IMG/VR virus record: IMGVR_UViG_3300027756_001348
Coordinates: 1-61,766 of that record
Length of the DNA: 61,766 bases
Strand: one strand, 5' to 3'
Origin: a virus
Lineage: Duplodnaviria > Caudoviricetes
Under the pieces are notes generated by a model. The model did not search any database. It was given only the letters and a program-made list of their open reading frames with translations, and had not been told where the DNA came from. Position numbers and translations under genes: made by a program. Positions within the stretch are counted from its first letter, which is position 1, and each line of letters opens with the position of its first letter. This document shows, in pieces, positions 27,874 through 37,500 of the stretch.

Positions 27874-27936
27874 AGAGGACTTGGTATAATCCCTCTTTAA
27901 AAATTCTTCTACCATATTGAAAGGTAAAATATGGTA
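27874..27936 (+). promoter_or_regulatory. Candidate preQ1-I-like riboswitch (H-type pseudoknot) with a start-codon-sequestering alternative hairpin
   Basis: P1 AGAGG/CCTCT, loop ACTTGGTATAATC, A-rich tail TTAAAAA, P2 TGGTA/TACCA; rival hairpin TACCATATT/AATATGGTA covers the queD ATG. Confidence 0.65.
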
Positions 27937-28455
27937 AAATATTACAGCACAAAAACATACGGCAATGACCGAGGACTGTCATGTTGTTTTAGACAATGGC
28001 AGAGCACACATTCACATTGTTCTTTATTGCATGGTTATTCTTTAGGAATTAAATTAACATTCGAATCAGAAACACTGGATGATCGCAACTGGGTGATGGA
28101 TTTTGGTGGACTCAAAGCATTCAAAGAGTGGAGTGAGTACATGTTTGATCACACACTGGTGGTGGCTGAAAATGATCCACACATGGACAAATTCAAAGCA
28201 TTGGCAGCGTTGGGATTGAATTCAGTGGGAGGTATCTGTGATCTACGCATTGTGCCAGCAGTGGGCTGCGAAAAATTCAGCGAACTGGTGTACAATGAAA
28301 TGAACAAAATATTAAAAACATTCCAAACAGGCAAAACATACAAACTGCCCAATGGCAAAGGATTTGACTGCAGATATCCTGTGGGCCAAGGTGTTCGATT
28401 AAAATCTGCAGAGGTTTTTGAACACGCTGGAAATTCTGCTATTTACGAAGCCTAA
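27931..28455 (+). CDS. queD: 6-carboxy-5,6,7,8-tetrahydropterin synthase / PTPS
   Basis: SHC.LLHGY, V.DFG.LK, FDH, C/E and V.E...N.A.Y motifs. Confidence 0.88.
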   Translation: MVKYYSTKTYGNDRGLSCCFRQWQSTHSHCSLLHGYSLGIKLTFESETLDDRNWVMDFGGLKAFKEWSEYMFDHTLVVAENDPHMDKFKALAALGLNSVGGICDLRIVPAVGCEKFSELVYNEMNKILKTFQTGKTYKLPNGKGFDCRYPVGQGVRLKSAEVFEHAGNSAIYEA

Positions 28456-28471
28456 ATAAATATCCTAGGAT

Positions 28472-29176
28472 ATGTCTAATAGATATGTGGTGTGCCTCAA
28501 ACATGGCACCAAGTATGATGCGCAATATGTGAATGTGTTGAGAAAAATGACTCAACGCAATCTTACCACACCACACGAGTTTGTGTGTTTCACAGAAGAT
28601 CCCCGAGGCATAGATGCAGGCATCACAATCATACCTTTGCCCACCATTCCACTCAAAGGATGGTGGTTCAAACCCTTGTTGTTCAATCCTAGTCTACAAA
28701 TTCAAGGCACCATGCTGTTTATTGATTTAGATGTGGTTATTTTTAAAAACATAGACAAACTTTTTGATTACAAGCCAGGTGAGTTTCTTATGTGTCGCGA
28801 TTTTAACAGATGTTTTCAACCAGAATGGAAAAAGATGAACAGCAGCGTGGTGCGCTGGAATACTGGACAACATCCACAGCTCTACAATAATTTTATATCT
28901 GATCCACACAATATTAGTAAAAGATTTCATGGAGATCAGGATTGGTTGTATGATCAGGTTAAAAATCATTACAGTTTCTGGCCTGATGCGTGGATTCAAA
29001 GTTACAAATGGGAAATGCGTGGTAATCCTAAATTAGTGCGAACTGCTCAAGGAGTTAAAAATTTTACTGCTCCAGGTGAACCCATAATCAAAGATGAAAC
29101 TGCTGTGGCTGTGTTTCACGGTGATCCCAATCCTAGAGACTGTGTAGATCCTTGGTGTCAAACCCATTGGAAATAG
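28472..29176 (+). CDS. GT-A fold glycosyltransferase
   Basis: C.K.G.KY...YV, F.CFT, GWW.K, DLD (DxD), NSSV, GDQ, FHG.P.P. Confidence 0.8.
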   Translation: MSNRYVVCLKHGTKYDAQYVNVLRKMTQRNLTTPHEFVCFTEDPRGIDAGITIIPLPTIPLKGWWFKPLLFNPSLQIQGTMLFIDLDVVIFKNIDKLFDYKPGEFLMCRDFNRCFQPEWKKMNSSVVRWNTGQHPQLYNNFISDPHNISKRFHGDQDWLYDQVKNHYSFWPDAWIQSYKWEMRGNPKLVRTAQGVKNFTAPGEPIIKDETAVAVFHGDPNPRDCVDPWCQTHWK

Positions 29177-29190
29177 TCATTTAATTCACA

Positions 29191-29219
29191 TTGACTGCAG
29201 TCAAAATATCGCATATACT
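29191..29219 (+). promoter_or_regulatory. Sigma70 promoter with a perfect 14-bp palindrome over the -35, leaderless transcript
   Basis: TTGACT-N17-TATACT; TTGACTGCAGTCAA; ATG 5 nt downstream. Confidence 0.75.
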
Positions 29220-29224
29220 ACAGT

Positions 29225-30277
29225 ATGATTAAAAGAATAGGTTTTTGTTGTGATTATTTTCATCATGACCGTACACTGACTAAAAAACAATTGGAAGAAA
29301 TTGAACGTCCACGCAACACCAGAGCTACCACCGTGCGTTGGCTGAACGAACACAAAGCACAAGCAGAAGAAAAGTTGGATTTTGTATTCAAACACAACAT
29401 AGAAGCCATTAAAAATTTAATATTAAAGGTGAGTGAATTGCCACTCAGCAGACGTATGTGCAGAATCAGTTCAGGCATATTGCCTTGTGCCACTGAAAAC
29501 ACTTGGCGCTACTATTGGGACAAGCCCGAAATTATCAATTATTGTGAAAAACATTTTGGTGAAGCAGGTGAGTTGGCTCGTAAACATGATGTGAAGATAT
29601 CATTTCATCCAGGACAATACACAGTGTTGGCTTCTGTGAGTCCTGACATAGTGGACCGCAGTATAGATGAATTTGAATATCATGTGAACATGGCCCGTTG
29701 GATGGGATTTGGCAAACAGTTTCAAGACGGTTGTAAAATCAATGTACACATATCTGGTAGGCTGGGACCAGATGGCATCATCAAGGCTTTGCTTAGATTA
29801 TCGCCCGAAGCACGCAATCTCATCACCATAGAAAATGATGAAATGGGTTGGGGACTGGATGCCACACTGCAATTGGAAAAACACTTGGCACTGGTGCTGG
29901 ATATACATCACCATCTGATTAGAGATGAAGAATACATCAGATCTAATGATGACAGAGTTAAAAGAGTGGTGGATTCTTGGCGTGGAGTAAGACCCACCAT
30001 GCATTATTCTTACTTTAGAGATGAAGCACTGCAACCTGCTTTTGATGCAGATATTCAGCACATGATGCACAAAAATATGTTGCCCATCAAAGACATGCTG
30101 ACACTGGGTTGCAAAAAAGTTAAGTTGAGAGCGCACAGTGATATGTTGCCCAATGCTGCACAGAATGAGTGGGCATTGTCATTTCTAAACATGTTTGATA
30201 TACAAGTGGAAGCCAAATCCAAGAACTTGGCAGCAGAACAACTGCACAATCAGGCATTGACTTTGGGTTTACTATAA
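29225..30277 (+). CDS. uvsE: UV damage endonuclease
   Basis: RIGF.C, R.SS, HPGQ, IEND, LDIHH, HYS, AHSD, VEAK.KNLA. Confidence 0.9.
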   Translation: MIKRIGFCCDYFHHDRTLTKKQLEEIERPRNTRATTVRWLNEHKAQAEEKLDFVFKHNIEAIKNLILKVSELPLSRRMCRISSGILPCATENTWRYYWDKPEIINYCEKHFGEAGELARKHDVKISFHPGQYTVLASVSPDIVDRSIDEFEYHVNMARWMGFGKQFQDGCKINVHISGRLGPDGIIKALLRLSPEARNLITIENDEMGWGLDATLQLEKHLALVLDIHHHLIRDEEYIRSNDDRVKRVVDSWRGVRPTMHYSYFRDEALQPAFDADIQHMMHKNMLPIKDMLTLGCKKVKLRAHSDMLPNAAQNEWALSFLNMFDIQVEAKSKNLAAEQLHNQALTLGLL

Positions 30278-30288
30278 TAAATACTGCC

Positions 30289-30858
30289 ATGCAAGACATG
30301 AAGCAGTGGATCGAATTGTTCGAAACCAAACAAAAACGTGAAAAAACTCTAGTGTTGGAAGCATTGCCTTATGGCATGGGTGAATTAGATCCTGTGTTGA
30401 GCCGTGCCAATGTGGAATATCATTACGGAGTATTGAGCAGAGGTTATGTGAACAGATACAACACAGGAGAAGGTGATCCTGATTTCAATTATGGCGGAGC
30501 AAAATTGCACAATCTATTCTGGGCTCAATTGCAGCCAGTCAAAGGCAGCAACACACCACGTGGTGCCATTATGGAATTCATCAATAAACATCACAAAAAC
30601 TTGGATGCATTTAAAGAAAAATTATTATTGGCCACAATGAAATTGCAAGGATCAGGATGGGTGTATCTCAGCAAATCAGGTGAAATTAAAACCACACCCA
30701 ATCAAACCTATCGCTTAGACATACTCATGCCCATTGATCTTTGGGAGCATTCGTTCATGGACTATGTGCCAGCCAAGGATGCTAAAAAACGCTACATCAC
30801 TAATATCTTCAAAATAATCAATTGGTCTACAATTAACGACCGTTTGAACTCAAAATAA
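30289..30858 (+). CDS. sod: Fe/Mn superoxide dismutase-like protein with N-terminal extension
   Basis: LPY...L.P, YH, LHNLFW, QGSGW, DLWEH (four ligand positions present). Confidence 0.85.
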   Translation: MQDMKQWIELFETKQKREKTLVLEALPYGMGELDPVLSRANVEYHYGVLSRGYVNRYNTGEGDPDFNYGGAKLHNLFWAQLQPVKGSNTPRGAIMEFINKHHKNLDAFKEKLLLATMKLQGSGWVYLSKSGEIKTTPNQTYRLDILMPIDLWEHSFMDYVPAKDAKKRYITNIFKIINWSTINDRLNSK

Positions 30859-31146
30859 TCACAGTTTATCTATGGGAGTGTTACTGCTGACATCCATGTC
30901 CAGTATTTTGCGCTGACGCACTCCTTGTTTCTGTGCAAAACGTTTGGGATCACACGCACTGCACACATGCTTGTAATCGTTGCTGATGCGTTTTTCTGCT
31001 ATGCTGCCTTTTTCACGCTCAAACTTTGTGTCACAACTGTCGCACACAAACCTATAGTAGGTCTTGTGTCGCACACAGGTGTGTTTAGTGCCCAGTTTAC
31101 TGGTGCGTGCAGTGAGGTGTTTTTTAACAAATTTTTCCACAAACAT
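30859..31146 (-). CDS. Zinc-ribbon protein
   Basis: CDSC...CSAC; TAAATA 7 nt upstream. Confidence 0.65.
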   Translation of the reverse strand: MFVEKFVKKHLTARTSKLGTKHTCVRHKTYYRFVCDSCDTKFEREKGSIAEKRISNDYKHVCSACDPKRFAQKQGVRQRKILDMDVSSNTPIDKL

Positions 31147-31209
31147 ACAGTTGTATTTACATTAGGATTTGTGTTTTTTTAATAAATAATTGCAACAGAA
31201 CGGAAACAC

Positions 31210-31557
31210 ATGGCTGTAATCACTGTAACCGAAAACGCAATAGCAAAGATCAGAGAGTTGTGTCACAACAACCACAAGTATGCTGTGAGACTCAGCATCA
31301 AGGGTGGTGGTTGTGCAGGTTATTCATATGATTGGGGATTTGCTGATCAGTCAGACATTGCACCCTCAGATGAGCTGTTGAATTTTGGCAATGGAGCCAA
31401 GTTCACCATAGACTCTGCCAGTGTGATGTACATCCTGGGCACTGAGTTGGACTATGTGCATGAAGTGTTTGGATCAAAGTTTGAAATCAAAAACCCCAAC
31501 ACCAAAAGCGCCTGCGGTTGCGGCGAAAGCATCAGTTTTGAAAAGGAAACAGCATAA
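31210..31557 (+). CDS. iscA: A-type Fe-S carrier (IscA/HesB)
   Basis: GGGCAGYSY, G..LDY, NPN....CGCGES. Confidence 0.93.
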   Translation: MAVITVTENAIAKIRELCHNNHKYAVRLSIKGGGCAGYSYDWGFADQSDIAPSDELLNFGNGAKFTIDSASVMYILGTELDYVHEVFGSKFEIKNPNTKSACGCGESISFEKETA

Positions 31558-31560
31558 CAC

Positions 31561-34500
31561 ATGGCATATCAAAATATCAATATTGGAGTAGAGGGCAATG
31601 ACGGCACAGGTGATAGCATACGTGATGCGTTTAGGAAAGCCAATGAAAACTTCACAGAACTGTATGCAGTATTCGGAGCCGGCGGTCAGATAGCATTCAC
31701 ATCACTCAGTGACACCCCTGATGTGTTAGGCATAAGAAATATTCCCATCAGCAACACCACAGGCACAGCATTTGAAATGCGTGAGATCACTGGTGGTCTT
31801 GGTATATCAGTCAGCTATGCCACAGCAGGTGATATCACCATCACCAACACAGGCAGTGAATTGGTGTCTGATCTTTCCCCAACTTTAGGTGGACCATTGA
31901 ATGCCAATGGATTAGCCATAGCCAATGCAGCAATTACTGCTCAAGCCGCGATAGATTTTAACAACACACATGGCACTGCAGTCACCATAGATAATTTGGT
32001 GATTACCAAAGGCTATGCAGATCAAAGATACATCAAACTGGGTGGTGGAGTGGGAGGCGCAGCAGGTCAGATCAGAGTGAGAAGTGAACCTGTAGATGCC
32101 ACAGCCTACACCAAGACCATAGCCAGCTACACTGCAGGCAATGCAGTGGTCACCGCTCACGGCTATGACAGCGGTGTGAATGGTTTAGAAGTGATCTACA
32201 ACACCACTGGCTCTGCAGCCACAGGTCTGGTGAATGGTTCTACTTACTATATTAGATTTGTCAATGCCAATCAGTTGAGTTTTCACAGCAGTTTTGCTGA
32301 AGCCACCAACAATGATGACGCTACTAGAATTAAAATTTCTGTGGCTGGTGGCACAGGTGTACAAACATTTACCGATGCTGGCTATGACAACACACTGGCA
32401 GGATTCTTCCTCAGCGATGAGGCCATGCCAAGACAATCCATTGTGAGACGTCAAGGAGACACCATGACTGGTGCTCTTTATCTGAATGATCATCCAGGAG
32501 ATTTGGCAGGATTAGGCGCACCCAATGGTGTGGACGATTTACAAGCTGCCACAAAATTCTATGTGGACAACACCAGCTACGCTTCCGACACCAATTTATT
32601 TGTCAGCACCAAAGGTGATGACTTGATGGATGGAGTACCACCAGACAAAGTGGGTAGATCATTCAGTTATGCGTACAAATCTATTAATGCTGCTTGTCGC
32701 AAAGCAGAAGAGATCATGCTGGCCACTCCGGTGGAATTGGGACCTTACACTCAGACCATCACTTTCAACAACGGAGCTGGCAATTCCTTAGTGGTCACAG
32801 AAGGTGTCACCAGCGGCAGCGGTTACAACAATGTGAAATTATTGATAGACGCCAACAGAACATTCATTATCAAACAGATGATAGGCTTTGTGAATGCTAC
32901 CTATCCCAACTTTACCTATGATGAATTGATTTGTGAAAGAGATTTAGGATATATTTTAGATGGTATTGTAATCGATGTGTTGGCATCTCTCAACTCCAAT
33001 GTGAGAAGTATTCAAGCAGGTATCAGATACTACAGCAATGTGAGTGGTGCCAAGGCCATCAATCAGCAACTGACTGAAACACTGGCAGGCATCAACTATG
33101 CCAAATCAATCACCAACACTGTGCTGCAAAACTTGGCAGTGACTCCCATCTACAACGCCGGCTTCACTCAAACATTCGATGCGCCCAGCATTGTGAACAG
33201 CACTGGCAGAGCATCAGTAGGAGCAAAATTTGACATCATTACCAACATCATCACCAATGGCATCAGTAGTGCTCCACCAGAAGTGGAAGGCAGCACATAC
33301 ACCATGACCATCAGCAATGGCGGTTTTGCCTATGTGGATCAGAACAATCCTAGCAATCAAGATTTGATACCAGGCAAGATAGTCAGAGGTAAAACCTCAG
33401 GCGCTATAGGTCGTATAGTATCTGTAACAGCAGGCGCTTCAGTAGACACTGTGCAAATGATTCTGATTGAACCATTGGAATTTATTGTGGCAGAAGGACT
33501 AGAATTTACCACACCAGTGAAACGCAACAACATCACCATACGTGTGGAAAGCGGCACTTATTTGGAAGACTTTCCTATCAGAGTGCCGGATGGAGTCAGC
33601 ATTAAAGGAGATGAATTTAGAAGATGCATAGTAAAACCTAGGAACAGAGTTTCTCAGTCCAGTTTTGCCAACACATATTTCTACAGAGACCTAGTGATAG
33701 ATGGTCTCACAGTGACCACCACAAATTTTGGACGTCATTATTTGGTGAATCCAAATGCCGTGGTCAACACTGGGGTCAATTATACTAACGTGGGTGGCTA
33801 TGATACTCAAGCATTGACCATATTAAATGCCAAACCAGCCATACAGACTGCTGTGGTGAATTATGTGAATTCATTGTTGAGTCCCAGCTCTCTCAATGCT
33901 GCCAATGAAGAACGCAATCGCCGTGAGACTGGTTCAATTGTGGATGCCATATTCTCAGATTTAAAAACTGGTGGCAATGAAAAAATATTAGAAGTACAAG
34001 GAAATTTTTATAACTCAGGTCTGAGTGCTCAAGAACAAGCAGGCATCAGCTATGTTGCTACCTACATCAATGCTTCAGTGATTGCATCTGCATCTGCCAC
34101 TATCAAAAACATTGTAACAGCACAGATGGCACGTGTGGTGTATGCATTCAACGGCTCATACAATCCTCCCAAACACAACAGACTTATGGATGTGTTCCTT
34201 ATGGGAGAAGCAACCATATTAAGAAATTTATCTATCACAGGTCAGGGTGGATTCATGTGTGTGTTGGATCCTGCTTCACAAGTGTTGAACAAATCTCCTT
34301 ATATTCAAACAGGCAGCAGTTTTTCAGCCAGTATCAACACCAAAGCATTCAGAGGTGGTATGTTTGTGGACGGATCATGCGGCAACATACCTATCAACAT
34401 CACTTCAGTGGTAAGTCCATTTATATTGAATGTGAACAGCAATGCAGCTCAAGGATTATTCGTTAGAAAACCTTTGACTCCCACTGCGTTCTATATTGAT

Positions 34501-37500
34501 GGTGCAAGATATCAAATAGATGCTGTGAAGAATTATGATGGTCCTGCAGGTACCTGCCAATTATTATTGAATGCCAGCAGCAATGGTGGATTAGGATTTG
34601 TGATCACTTCTCCAATTCCCTATGCCACAGTGTTACAAACAGCAGGCAACAGATCCATGTTGGCCAATGACTTCACACAGGTGAACGATTTGGGCTATGG
34701 CCTTTTGGTCACCAATGGTGCATTGTCAGAACAGGTCAGCACATTCACTTACTACTGTCACGCTGCCTATATGGCATTGAATGGTGGACAGATCAGAGCA
34801 TTGAACGGCAGCAATGCCAATGGTGTGTATGGTTTAGTTGCAGAAGGTTCCGATCCTTTGGAAGTACCAGATGATGTGGATCTAGTACGCAACATGGCAC
34901 AAGTGGCCAAAGTGTATGATGATGGAGCCACTTATGATCACCCATTGCTGGCACTCAGTGTGTATGTGTATGATTTAGAATACATACCTTTCAATAGATC
35001 TGAAATTGAAATTGATCATGATCCATTTGATTCGTCACTCGCTCTAGGAGTGCAGAGATATGAAGTGGCCAGTGTGGAACAATTATCACCACCAGTCACT
35101 GTAACCGGTCCTTCTGTCACACGCAGTGGCACAGTGTACAAATTAAATCTCAGCACTGCAGGCACTGATCTTGCTTCCACCACAGGATTGAAAGCAACAT
35201 TGGCCAATCTGCAGAATGTGACCATCAGAGCCAGTCAAGCTCATCAATTTGCAGGAGTGAACAACATATCACCCACACGTCCCAGCACGGCTTTGACTTT
35301 CTATGATGACACAGCCACCATAGTATATAGAACCACAGCATTTAACATCACCAACGCAGTGGGCACAGCACTGCCAGCCAACAACGTGATTGCTACTTTT
35401 GATACCACTTTTGACAATGTGAGATTACAAATCAGACCAGCATCAGCTGTGTTGAACACCTACGCACCAGCAGGCACCACTTCCATGGGAGCCACAGCAG
35501 GTGACACCACGTTGGCCATTGAAATAATCACAGAGGCCTTAGACATCACTAGACTGAACACAGGCGCTATGAGTTTTGGTTGGGCAGGCAAGACCCACAG
35601 AGTAACTTCCTATACGAACCGAGGCACTTTTGCCACAGTGACCACAGTGCAGCTCACCAACATCAACACTGCAGGACCAGCAGCAGGTATTCAAGAACCC
35701 TTGGTGAGAGGAGCCGGCCTAGAGAATATCACATTGCGTTGCGGATTGTTGGCCAATGCCAATGCAGACATCACCATTAAGATTTCCACATGTAGAGCCA
35801 CAGGACACGATTTCTTAGACATAGGCACTGGTGGTTTTAACACCAGCAACTATCCCAACAATATTTTTGGTGATCCCACCATCCAACCTGTGCAGGACAA
35901 CGAAGTGGATGAACGAGGCAAAGGACGTGTGTTCTTTGTCAGCACGGATCAAGACGGAGTATTTAGAGTAGGTAGATTCTTCACTGTGGATCAAGGCACA
36001 GGCTCTGTGACATTCTCTGCATCAATTGCATTGAGTAACTTGGATGGATTAGGATTCAAACGAGGAGTGGTGGTGGCAGAATTCAGCACAGACTCTGCCA
36101 TGACAGACAATGCTTCAGACACAGCACCTACTGAATCAGCTGTGCGTGGTTATGTGGATCGTAGATTGCACTACACACAAGGTGGATCATTGGTGGCGGA
36201 TCCAATTGGACCTGGCGCCATAGCCAGAGATGGATCAACTTCGTTCACTGGCAATATCAGTGCAGGTGGATTTAAATTGATCACATTAGGATCTCCAGTA
36301 GTGGGCACAGATGCTGCCAACAAATCCTATGTGGATAACACTTTGTACGCCAGTGATCAAGTGGAAAATTTAAGAAATGTGGACATCGCAGGCTTCGCAG
36401 CCAATCAGATATTGGTGTTCAACGGTAGACAAAGAATATTCACTGTGCCTGAGTCAGGCGGATTGTTTGCAGTGGGCAACACCATCACAGGCAGCAGCAC
36501 TGGCACAGTGGCCACCATAGTGGATTATGAATCAGTGGTATTGCCAGGATCATTAAGTGCAAGACGCATCACTTTTGCTGCAGTGTCAGGTTCTGGCTTC
36601 AGCACATTGGATTCCATCAGCACAGGTGGCGGAGTGTCTGCACAAATAATTGATGGACCCATGAACGAATTGGCCAATGGCGTAATGAGCGCAAGCACAG
36701 ACATCTCCATCACTGCTACCAGAAGCACAGCACAGACAGATTTGAATTTACAAATAGTAGCAGGCAGCATCATCAATGCAGATGTGAATGCAACTGCAGC
36801 CATACAGCAGAGCAAATTGGCCATGAATGCTGCCACCACACGTGTGAATGCCACAGGCATCAGTCAGGCAGATCTTGGTTTGGCAGCTTTTGACGTGGGT
36901 GACTTCACAGTGACCAACGGCTGGGTCACATTGGCCTCAGGAGCAGTGGATTTGGCAGATTTTCCAGTGGTGTCACAATATCAAACCTATGGTAAGAACA
37001 CTGTAGGTACAGGTGCTCCACTCATAGTCAACTATTCAGATGTGGTCAATTATGGTTTGGGATTGGAAGACGGAGATTTTGTAACAATTTTGTCAGCTGC
37101 ATCAGATCCAGGTGAGGCTTTGATCAAAACTGGCACAGGCGCATACAGCATCACCAATGTGAGCACCACAGCTGAAGTCAACAGTATTGTGAAATCAGAT
37201 GCCACAGGTATTGTGGATGTGGCACAATTGAAAGTGGATGGATTCAAATTGATTGACAGCAACACTGGTACCAACACCTCCATATTCACCACCAGAGGCA
37301 ACGTGGACTTCCTCACAGCACAAGGCAGCACTGTGGCAGGCACCACATTGGTATTCACAGGTAGAAAGTTTGAGTTTGGTGGCAGTACAGTGAGCAATTC
37401 ACCCACTGCAGACACACTGCAATCATTGAGTGCTAATCAAGGCCGAGGCCTTGCCACTCCTCACTTGTTCACAAAATTTATTGAGAGCGATGTGGTAGAG

